Positions 38,489 to 46,841 of a stretch of 64,000 nucleotides of DNA are shown here, piece by piece. A program made the translations under genes and the position numbers. Position 1 is the first letter of the stretch. Every line of letters begins with the position of its first letter. Location of the stretch: NCBI GenBank assembly GCA_965204745.1, contig OZ242010.1, positions 3,296,001 to 3,360,000 on the forward strand, written 5' to 3'. This stretch comes from Candidatus Latescibacterota bacterium (GTDB taxonomy: Bacteria > Latescibacterota > UBA2968). The notes under the pieces are model-generated. The model searched no databases. It was given only the letters and a program-made list of their open reading frames with translations, and was not told the origin of the DNA.

Positions 38489-38537
38489 CCGAACATCCCT
38501 GCCGCTGTCCTACCCGTTACTTGAGCATGTTGCGGGC

Positions 38538-38657
38538 CACCGTCTCTCGGGTAACCGTCAAAATGCCTGGAGCATTTCGATATCTGGCAATTGGCGAATC
38601 GCGTTTGAAGAAGATGAAGGGTGTATTGACCGCTTAAACTTGGAGGATTACCACTGA
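38538..38657 (+). pseudogene. higB: 5'-truncated HigB toxin fragment
   Basis: HRLSGNRQNAWSISISGNWRIAF...LEDYH is the HigB C-terminal half; no proper start. Confidence 0.75.
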
Positions 38658-38944
38658 TGACAACTCATGGCATTGCAGTAACCATGACCCCTTCGCATCC
38701 GGGCGACTTCATTCGCACAGAGATCATCGAGGAGTTGGGGCTAAGCGTGACGCGGATAGCCGAGATTTTGGGAGTTCGTCAAGCGACGCTTTCAGAGGTG
38801 CTAAACGGCCATGCCGCGCTATCGCCGGAAATGGCCCTACGCATCGAAAAGGTATTTGACATCAGCATGGATATGTTGTTGCGAATGCAGGCTTGGTATG
38901 ACGCCTCGCAAATGCGCGCCCGGGCAAATGAGATTGAGGTTTAA
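38657..38944 (+). CDS. higA: HigA-family antitoxin (HTH)
   Basis: HPGDFI...LSPEMALRIEKVF...LRMQAWYD; coupled to the higB stop. Confidence 0.85.
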   Translation: MTTHGIAVTMTPSHPGDFIRTEIIEELGLSVTRIAEILGVRQATLSEVLNGHAALSPEMALRIEKVFDISMDMLLRMQAWYDASQMRARANEIEV

Positions 38945-38977
38945 CGCTACGCATCCGCTTGAAGGTTGCCAGGCTCA

Positions 38978-39137
38978 ACCCTGCACAGCGACACGTCGCG
39001 GCCATTCGCCAAACCCACCTCCGGACGCATCGCGGTCAAGGCGATCAACCACTTGGGCGATGAGGTGATGAAAGTGTTTCGCGTGTGAGGGCATTGATCG
39101 CGACGAAAGGCTATGTGATTAAGTGATGTCGTGACGC
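38978..39137. repeat. 160-bp direct repeat, copy B (orphan mod 3' end)
   Basis: Encodes SDTSRPFAKPTSGRIAVKAINHLGDEVMKVFRV*, matching the mod C-terminus. Confidence 0.95.
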
Positions 39138-39259
39138 AAAAAAACAAGTTCGATCTTTAAGATTGAAAATCTACTATTGACGCATGAGACGTGAAACGAT
39201 ATTTTTTGAACGGATTAAAAATAGAAGGCTTACCCGTATCGAGATAGGAAAATTTCAGC

Positions 39260-42200
39260 ATGAACCAATCTAAACTTCGTCAGTTGCTCGACCGTCTGTG
39301 CGGACTTCCAGAGAACGAATGGCTCGAGTTCAAGAAAGCGAAAAAGGGGTATGACTTCAATAAGTTAGGCCAGTATTTCTCCGCGCTGTCCAATGAAGCC
39401 AACCTCAACGGGCAAGCGTGCGGTTGGTTGGTATTCGGCGTAAGCGATGATCGTTCGGTTTGCGGCAGCCAGTTCCGCAAAGACCGAGCGGATCTTAACA
39501 GCTTGAAACATGAAATCGCCAATCATACGACTGGTGGCCTCACATTTGTCGATATTCACGTCGTTGAGCACCCGAACGGTCGCGTCGTGATGTTCGAGAT
39601 TCCGGCCGCATTACAAGGCATACCAACGGCGTGGAAAGAACATTGGTACGGACGCAATGGCGAGTCCCTAGGCGGTCTTAGCCTGATGGAATTGGAAAAA
39701 ATTCGGTCAAATTCTTCTGGCGGGCATCAAGACTGGAATCGCCACGAGTACGCCCCAGACTTGGCTATTGCCAACTTGCTTGGGTCATGGAATGAGCTAA
39801 ACGAAGCGGATGTAGAGATCGTGAGTCAACTGATCAATGATGAGGATTACGCAAAGTGGATTCTCAAAATGAGGGAGATGTTAAGCCAAGCGATAAGCCC
39901 TGTGAGATATGTAAATGGAAAATGGTATGTCGATGATCGAAAAGAACTGTGGCAGGCGTTGGGCAAACGAGTTTTTGACGAGAGCCTGAACGCCCTAAAA
40001 CAATGCGCTATCGCTGTCTTGTCCGAGTGCGATCCCCAGTTTGACTTACCTCCCGATGAACGCTATACCGCCCGTATCTCTGGAAAGACATTGAAGTACT
40101 CATCTACACTTCGGACAGGACTGACCGAAACGCTGGCACTGCTCGGCACTGCCCCCGATGCTTTGATCAATTTTTCACCTCAAGGTTGGAAGCCAAAAGA
40201 TACGGCTGATTTTGTCGTGCGAGAAATACTCGAGAATGCGGATTGGGTGTTGTGGGGAAGCCTTAGGGGTCTTCTCTCGACACTCGCAGAAGCAGCCCCG
40301 GATAAATTTTTGGATGCCGTGGAAAATGCCTTGCAACGATCCCTTTGCCCATTTGATGCGCTTTTCGCCCAAGAGGGTGCTCCGATCACTGGCAGCAGTT
40401 ATATGTCGGACTTGCTGTGGGCATTGGAAACACTCGCTTGGGATGCCGAGTACCTCGTCCGCGTATGTGTGATTCTCGGCAAACTCGCCAGCCGCGACCC
40501 GGGCGGCCCTTGGGCAAACCGTCCCGCCGATTCGCTGTCGATGATCTTATTGCCCTGGCTTCCACAAACGATCGCGCCAGTTGAAAAACGCAAAGTCGCC
40601 ATTCAAACGCTCTGCGATGAATTGCCAGAAATTGCTTGGAACTTGATCGTCAGCCTGTTGCCCGGCCAGAACCAGATAACCACTGGGACTCGCAAACCGG
40701 CCTGGCGCAATACCATACCCGTTGATTGGAAAGAAAAAGTTACCAGGCAGGATTATCGAGATCAAGTAGCGTTCTGCGCCGAACGCGCGGTTTCAATCGC
40801 AGGTTGTGATCCGGATAAACTCGGCGAACTGATTGACCATTTAGCCGGTTTTCCCAAACCTTCATTTCACGCGTTGCTCGAGACTTTAGCGTCTGATTCC
40901 ATTACAGCACTTTCAGAAGAAAAACGGTTACACCTTTGGGACAAACTCGTAAAATTCATATCCCGACACCGACGTTTATCGGGCGAAAAAGGGACTCGGA
41001 ACGATGGGTCGCTCGCGCCCATTGAGGCCGTTGCGAACGAGTTGGCTCCTAAGAATCCTTTGAATCTCTATCGCAGATTATTCAGCCGCAGTATTTGGGA
41101 TCACTCTACAAAAAGTGAAGATTGGACAAAGCAGCTCGATAGAGACCGTCAGCAAGCTATAAAAGAGATTTTGGCTTGCGGTGGGGTGGAGTTGGTCCTT
41201 CGATTCGCCGAAGTTGTCGAGGCCCCGTGGGATGTTGGTCGTTCTTTGGGTGCGATTGCCCAAGTGGAAAACGACAGACGCCTTCTGCCCGCATTGTTGG
41301 AAACCGAGAATGACAAACTCGCGCTGTTTGCAAATAACTATGTCAGAAGCCGCCAAAACATCGCTGGATGGAAATGGGTCGATGGCTTTGATATCTCGAA
41401 CTGGTCAGCTTCGCAAATAGGTCGATTCTTAGCCGCTTTGCCCTTCACGAGAGAAGCGTGGCACCGTGCTACAAAATGGCTCGGCAAGTCCGAAGAGGAG
41501 TACTGGAGCAAAACCAGCGCAAACCCATATAGTACCGATGAGGATCTCCGCTTTGCCATAGACAAACTGATCGCGCATGGCAGACCCCATGCGGCTATCA
41601 AATGTCTGATGTGCCAAATGGACCTCGGCAAACAGCCATTGGACAACGCTCTATGCGTAAAGGCTCTTAGGGCCGCCATTTCTTCTTATGAACCTTCCCA
41701 TGAAGTAGAGACGCATAGCATCATTGCAATCGTAAAGGCTTTACAGGACGATCCCAAAACCGATCCCGACGCGCTTTTTCAAATCGAATGGGCATATCTG
41801 CGCTTGCTCGACAAATATTATCACCCTGACGCATCGCCGAAGACATTGAAAAATAGGCTGGCTTCTGATCCCGAGTTTTTTTGTGAAGTGATACGCCTCG
41901 TCTATCGGTCAAAAAGGGAAACGGAATCTCCGCAACAACTCGATGACCGAGATAAAGTCATTGCCGACAACGCATACGAACTCCTCCGTAACTGGCAGAC
42001 TCCTCCAGGTACGCAAGCGGATGGTCGATTTTTGCCGGAACAATTCGAGAAGTGGTTCAAACGAACAAAAGAAGCGTGTGTTGAATCTGGACATCTCGAA
42101 GTCGCTCTCAGGCGTATAGGTGAAGTTCTCATTCATGCCCCACCGGATCCAAAAGGGCTGTGGATCCATCGAACCCTAGCATCTGCGCTCAACACAGAGG

Positions 42201-42508
42201 ATGCGGGGGAAATGAGGGATGGGTTCCGGGTCGGAATTTACAATGCTCGCGGGGTTCATGTGGTTGACCCAACGGGAAAACCAGAGCGAGAGCTCGCCGA
42301 AAAATACAGACAACAGGCCGAAGAAGTTGAAAATGCGGGCTATCACCGTTTTGCTATTACACTCCGGAACTTGGAAAAAGAATACAATCGGGAGGCGGAA
42401 GTATATGTCGCTGAGCATCAACGGGAAAGTGCCCGCCAATTGGCACGCCTCGGCGGGAGCGAGCCACAACTGCAATCCATACCACGCCAACGGACTGATC
42501 GCGCATGA
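39260..42508 (+). CDS. Schlafen/AlbA_2-domain protein with large helical region and VapB-like C-terminal tail
   Basis: ENEWLEFK, SALSN, GWLVFGVSD and YGRNGES motifs; tail RESARQLARLGGSEPQLQSIPRQR. Confidence 0.75.
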   Translation: MNQSKLRQLLDRLCGLPENEWLEFKKAKKGYDFNKLGQYFSALSNEANLNGQACGWLVFGVSDDRSVCGSQFRKDRADLNSLKHEIANHTTGGLTFVDIHVVEHPNGRVVMFEIPAALQGIPTAWKEHWYGRNGESLGGLSLMELEKIRSNSSGGHQDWNRHEYAPDLAIANLLGSWNELNEADVEIVSQLINDEDYAKWILKMREMLSQAISPVRYVNGKWYVDDRKELWQALGKRVFDESLNALKQCAIAVLSECDPQFDLPPDERYTARISGKTLKYSSTLRTGLTETLALLGTAPDALINFSPQGWKPKDTADFVVREILENADWVLWGSLRGLLSTLAEAAPDKFLDAVENALQRSLCPFDALFAQEGAPITGSSYMSDLLWALETLAWDAEYLVRVCVILGKLASRDPGGPWANRPADSLSMILLPWLPQTIAPVEKRKVAIQTLCDELPEIAWNLIVSLLPGQNQITTGTRKPAWRNTIPVDWKEKVTRQDYRDQVAFCAERAVSIAGCDPDKLGELIDHLAGFPKPSFHALLETLASDSITALSEEKRLHLWDKLVKFISRHRRLSGEKGTRNDGSLAPIEAVANELAPKNPLNLYRRLFSRSIWDHSTKSEDWTKQLDRDRQQAIKEILACGGVELVLRFAEVVEAPWDVGRSLGAIAQVENDRRLLPALLETENDKLALFANNYVRSRQNIAGWKWVDGFDISNWSASQIGRFLAALPFTREAWHRATKWLGKSEEEYWSKTSANPYSTDEDLRFAIDKLIAHGRPHAAIKCLMCQMDLGKQPLDNALCVKALRAAISSYEPSHEVETHSIIAIVKALQDDPKTDPDALFQIEWAYLRLLDKYYHPDASPKTLKNRLASDPEFFCEVIRLVYRSKRETESPQQLDDRDKVIADNAYELLRNWQTPPGTQADGRFLPEQFEKWFKRTKEACVESGHLEVALRRIGEVLIHAPPDPKGLWIHRTLASALNTEDAGEMRDGFRVGIYNARGVHVVDPTGKPERELAEKYRQQAEEVENAGYHRFAITLRNLEKEYNREAEVYVAEHQRESARQLARLGGSEPQLQSIPRQRTDRA

Positions 42509-42870
42509 TTTTAGTTGATACCTCCGTCTGGATTGATCATTTGAGTAGCGAAGAAAATCACTTGGTTATCCTATTAAATAATGGTCTGGTATTGACTCAC
42601 CCCATGGTCGTTGGAGAACTGGCTTGCGGCAATCTGAGCAATCGCGGAGCGATTTTGACGATGCTCAAAAATTTGCCCCAAGCATCGGTTGCCCCCGATG
42701 ACCAAGTGCTTCGCTTCATTGAACGGAACCAACTCATGGGCCGTGGTATCAACTATATTGATTTTCATCTGCTGACCGCCACAGCATTGACTAAAGCGAC
42801 CGAACTTTGGACACGCGATAAACGGCTTATGGATGCTGCTAAACAACTAAATCTCGCTTACGAAATTTAA
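42505..42870 (+). CDS. vapC: VapC-family PIN toxin
   Basis: ILVDTSVWIDHL, HPMVVGELACG, IDFHLL, LWTRDKRL; ATGA overlap with the upstream gene. Confidence 0.9.
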   Translation: MILVDTSVWIDHLSSEENHLVILLNNGLVLTHPMVVGELACGNLSNRGAILTMLKNLPQASVAPDDQVLRFIERNQLMGRGINYIDFHLLTATALTKATELWTRDKRLMDAAKQLNLAYEI

Positions 42871-42924
42871 GGGAGGCAGGGAGGTCGCGTGTTTGGCGAT
42901 TGCGATTTGTCGGATGATGAGCAC

Positions 42925-42957
42925 AGGTCGCGAGGGTTTCATTCCTCGCGGCCTTTT
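42925..42957 (+). terminator. Rho-independent terminator (copy of the 38454 hairpin)
   Basis: AGGTCGCGAGG-loop-CCTCGCGGCCT followed by T residues. Confidence 0.65.
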
Positions 42958-43077
42958 GCGTGGTCCAAAGCCGATCAAACTATGGTGAGTAAAAAAGAAA
43001 TCCGTTTGCTGAAGACAAGGTCAATGCGTATTATATGACGCCTTTACAGACAAATCCTTTACAGAAGGAGAACAACC

Positions 43078-44247
43078 ATGAATTTCAAAGGCAAGTTGGT
43101 CGGTGCGTCAGAGGTCGTCACAGTGCAGACAGAGGGCGCGCACATCGCGGGCATTCGCCGCGGCGGTTCCGCAGATGCGATAGGCGGAGACGACGTGTGG
43201 ATCGCGCCTGCGATTTTTGACGTGCAGGTCAACGGCATCGGCGGGATCAACTACAAAGCCAAAAATTTGACCGTAGAGAAAATCGTGGAGACAACCGCGT
43301 GGATGCACAAAACCGGCACGGGATTGTGGTGCCCCACGGTCACCACCTCGTCTGCCCAAGATGCGATCCGCGGCCTGAAACGCTTGGCGCGAGCGTGCGA
43401 GGAATCGAACGCAGCGCGGGCGTCTTTTGCCGGGTTTCACGTCGAAGGGCCGTACATCGCATCGGAAGATGGGCCTCGCGGCGCGCATCCCTTAAACCAT
43501 GTGCGCGATCCGGATTGGGATGAATTTCAGCGGTACCAAGACGCCGCGGGCGGGCGCATCGCCATCTTCACCCTTGCACCCGAGCGCGAAGGCGCGCTGG
43601 CATTCATCGAAAAAGTGGCCGCAACCGGCGTCATCGTCTCTATCGGTCACTCTGGCGCGCGTCCCGAGCGCATTCGAGACGCGGTCGCCGCGGGCGCGAA
43701 AATGTCCACCCACTTGGGCAATGGCGCGCACGCGGAACTGCCCCGGCATCCCAATTACATCTGGGAACAACTCGCCGCAGACGCGCTGTGGGCAGGCATC
43801 ATCCCAGATGGCTTTCACTTGCCCCCAGCCGTCTTGAAAAGTTTTTACCGCGCCAAAGGCAAAGACCGGATCTGCTTGGTCAGCGACGTGGCCTCTATCG
43901 CGGGCCTGCCGCCCGGCATCTACGGATCCGAAAGCGGGTTGGGCAAAAGCGAGTTGCACGCCAATGGCAAAATCTCACTGGCGGGCACGCCCTATCTGGC
44001 CGGCGCGGGCCTGTTGCTGGACAGCGGGATTCCCAATGCCGTGCGCCACACAGACGCATCATTGACCGACGCCATCGCCATGACCTCGATAAACCCGGCG
44101 CGCTTGTTGGGCATCGACGACCGCGTGGGGTCCATCGCAGTCGGCAAAGAGGCGAGCCTGTCCTTGTTCCGCTGGCGAGCAGATCAGGCAAACTTGGACA
44201 TCGTGGCAACTGTCGTGCGCGGGCAGGTCGTCTATCGAGCGTCATGA
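43078..44247 (+). CDS. nagA: N-acetylglucosamine-6-phosphate deacetylase family amidohydrolase
   Basis: DVQVNG, HVEGPYI, GAH, TLAPE, GHS, THLGN, DGFH, SD and LAG motifs. Confidence 0.8.
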   Translation: MNFKGKLVGASEVVTVQTEGAHIAGIRRGGSADAIGGDDVWIAPAIFDVQVNGIGGINYKAKNLTVEKIVETTAWMHKTGTGLWCPTVTTSSAQDAIRGLKRLARACEESNAARASFAGFHVEGPYIASEDGPRGAHPLNHVRDPDWDEFQRYQDAAGGRIAIFTLAPEREGALAFIEKVAATGVIVSIGHSGARPERIRDAVAAGAKMSTHLGNGAHAELPRHPNYIWEQLAADALWAGIIPDGFHLPPAVLKSFYRAKGKDRICLVSDVASIAGLPPGIYGSESGLGKSELHANGKISLAGTPYLAGAGLLLDSGIPNAVRHTDASLTDAIAMTSINPARLLGIDDRVGSIAVGKEASLSLFRWRADQANLDIVATVVRGQVVYRAS

Positions 44248-44263
44248 ACACAGGAGAAACGCC

Positions 44264-45109
44264 ATGTCACAAAAGAAGATCGTCGTCATCGGTGCAGCGG
44301 GCTATGTGGCGGGGTTGATGCTACCCGCATTGCGCGCACAATACGACCTGACCTTGCTGGACGTCAAAACCACCACCCGCGATGGTGACGCAGTCGAAGG
44401 CGTGCAAATCGCGGACTTGGAAAATCCGGATCGGGATGCGTACCGCGCCCATTTTCAAGGGGCAGACGCCGTCGTCCACTGCGGGTTCAAGGGCACGGTG
44501 GCCTGGCAACACACGGACTACTGGAAAGAATCCGACAATATTCGGATGTGCTACAACGTGTACCAAACCTGCATTGAAGAAGGCGTCAACCGCATCGTGG
44601 TGATGAGTTCCAACCACGCCTGCGACTTTTACGAGCGGCTGATCTGGTCCGACCAATTGGACTTTGCCACCACCGACATGCTACCCCTGTCCGACAATTT
44701 TTACGGCTGGGCCAAATCCTCCTACGAACACCTCGCCTTCGTGTTTGCAACCGGCAACGCCACCGATGGCAAGCGGCTGGAAAGCGTCCACATCCGCATC
44801 GGCGCGCCCCGCGACACCGTCATGGAAGGGCAATCCGCAGACGACCTGAAACGCATGCACCGCGAACTCGGCGCGTACTTGAGCGCGCGCGACCTCTCGC
44901 AACTCGTCATCAAAAGCCTCGAAACCGAGAACATCGAAGACGAAAACGGCATCCCATTTCAAATTTTTTTCGGCATCAGCGGAAACACACACCGATTCTG
45001 GAACATCGCCAACGCAAGACGCATCGTGGGCTACGCACCCGAAGACGACAGCCAACTCCGCTTTGCGAATGAGATTGCAAAAGTGATACAAAAGAGAGGG
45101 GAGAGGTAA
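44264..45109 (+). CDS. NAD-dependent epimerase/dehydratase (uronate dehydrogenase-like)
   Basis: GAAGYVA Rossmann motif, SSNHA, YGWAK; stop codon overlaps the IS110 core. Confidence 0.8.
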   Translation: MSQKKIVVIGAAGYVAGLMLPALRAQYDLTLLDVKTTTRDGDAVEGVQIADLENPDRDAYRAHFQGADAVVHCGFKGTVAWQHTDYWKESDNIRMCYNVYQTCIEEGVNRIVVMSSNHACDFYERLIWSDQLDFATTDMLPLSDNFYGWAKSSYEHLAFVFATGNATDGKRLESVHIRIGAPRDTVMEGQSADDLKRMHRELGAYLSARDLSQLVIKSLETENIEDENGIPFQIFFGISGNTHRFWNIANARRIVGYAPEDDSQLRFANEIAKVIQKRGER

Positions 45110-45126
45110 GATACTCTCTTAAAAGG

Positions 45127-46134
45127 TCAAGGGGTTTTCGGGGTGATTCGATAGAATTTTTCGCCCTCAAAATCTTGGTCATGGCGCAACATGCCCCAGA
45201 TCGAATGGAGCAACTTTCGCATCACCGCAACGATAGCCTGCAAAGGTTTCTTGCCGCGGGCGATGAGTTGGTCATAGAAGGCTTTGACATGGCCTTCGTG
45301 TCTGATGGCCACCCAGGCAGGCATATAGAGGGCATGGCGGAGGTACTTATTCCCGGTTTTCGAGATGCGTCTTTGTGGATTGGCGGTTCCGGATTGTTTG
45401 GGTTTGGGATCCAGGCCTGCATGTGCGACCCACTGGGGCGGTTGCATCTCCTCTGGCAAAAGGGTCAACTCGGCCAAGAGCCGCAAGGCACTCGTTTGCG
45501 CGATGCCAGGCGTCGAGCAGAGGCGTTGGTAGGCACGCTTGAGGGGCTCATCGTGCAAAACGAGATCGAGGGCTTGGCTTTCCAAGTATGCAATCCGGCG
45601 TTTGAAGTGTCGAATATTCACCTGAATATCGCGTGCGATGAGACGTGTGCTGCGGATGTGGTAGCTCTGCGCGTGGTTGCGGCTCTGTTCGCGGATGATC
45701 TCCTGCTTGAGTTGGTCAATGCGTCTGGTGAGGGCTTGCAGTTGAAGCCGTTGCTCGCTCGGCGCTTGCCAAGGCACAAAAGGCATGCGCTCGGCATAGT
45801 CGAGGATCAACAACGCATCCTTCGCATCCGTCTTCGCCCGTTGCATGCAGGCTTGGGCGTACTTGCTCATCGCTTTGGGATTGACGACCATGACCTTTGT
45901 GTGGCGATGCCGATGCAAGGCCAAGGCCACCCCCAAACTGTAAAGCCCGGTCGCTTCGAGGCACACAGAGACCATGTGCCCGCCCTTCGTGAGCCACTTC
46001 AGCAACCGCTTATGCGCTTGGGGATCATTGGCAAAGGTCGCTTGCATGACAGCTTGTCCGGGTCTGGACAGGGCAACGGACAACGTGCGGGCACTGACAT
46101 CAATGCCGGCAAAAGCGGGGTGAGATTTCGACAT
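45127..46134 (-). CDS. IS110 DEDD recombinase/transposase
   Basis: Same protein as copy 2. Confidence 0.95.
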   Translation of the reverse strand: MSKSHPAFAGIDVSARTLSVALSRPGQAVMQATFANDPQAHKRLLKWLTKGGHMVSVCLEATGLYSLGVALALHRHRHTKVMVVNPKAMSKYAQACMQRAKTDAKDALLILDYAERMPFVPWQAPSEQRLQLQALTRRIDQLKQEIIREQSRNHAQSYHIRSTRLIARDIQVNIRHFKRRIAYLESQALDLVLHDEPLKRAYQRLCSTPGIAQTSALRLLAELTLLPEEMQPPQWVAHAGLDPKPKQSGTANPQRRISKTGNKYLRHALYMPAWVAIRHEGHVKAFYDQLIARGKKPLQAIVAVMRKLLHSIWGMLRHDQDFEGEKFYRITPKTP

Positions 46135-46189
46135 GGGGGCCTCCTGTGATGAGGGGGTTGTAAGGGATCTGGTGCGCGCTCGGGGTCGC

Positions 46190-46390
46190 GTCCCGACCAT
46201 TGACGCCAAGTCTACCGGTCTTGTATATGCAGCCTCAAGGGGCTTAGATACTCTTCGGCATAGACCCGGCGGTCGGGGGGCCTATCTTACCTACAAGGTC
46301 ATCGCCTTCAAGAGGGGCCGGCCTTCCCCGAGCCGGGCATCAAGATGGCTTATCTCGATACGAGGGCGCAACTCCTAATTAACCCTTACT
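46190..46390 (-). ncRNA. Predicted IS110 bridge RNA, copy 3 (boundaries approximate)
   Basis: Same four guide segments on the minus strand. Confidence 0.8.
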
Positions 46391-46400
46391 TCCAAGATAC

Positions 46401-46841
46401 AAGAGGGGAGAGGGGAGAGGGGAGAGGCAAGAGGGGAGAGGGGAGAGGGGAGAGGCAAGAGGGGAGAGGTAAGAGGTAAGACGGGAGAGGTGAAAGGTGA
46501 GAGGCCGGGGAATATAGGCTGGGATAACGCACAGGACGGTGTGGAGGTGGAGAGGAAGGGCACGCACACGGCGGGGCAGGGTAGCGGAGGGGATCGCACT
46601 TGGGCGGATGGGCGGGCCAGGGATGGGCACGCACGGGCGGATGGGTGGATGAGCGGGACACGCACTTGGGCGGCGGCGCAGAAGCGAGGATGGGCACGCA
46701 CTTGGGCGGTGGCGCGGAAGCGGGCACAGAGGCATTCGCCCCTACAAACACCGCTCACCTCTTGCCTCTTGCCTCTTGCCTCTTGCCTTTTGCCTTTTGC
46801 CTTTTGCCTTTTGCCTCTTACGTCTTACGTCTTACGTCTCA
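46401..46841. repeat. Composite intergenic repeat: inverted heptamer arrays (GAGGGGA/GAGGCAA vs CCTCTTG/CCTTTTG/CGTCTTA) around GGGCACGCAC-type repeats
   Basis: Arrays at about 46401-46504 and 46753-46841 in opposite orientation; lies between convergent genes. Confidence 0.85.

Larger units (their letters stand above)
45108..46400 (-). mobile_element. IS110-family element, copy 3
   Basis: Appears identical to copy 2; core AAGA at 45108-45111 and 46401-46404. Confidence 0.93.
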
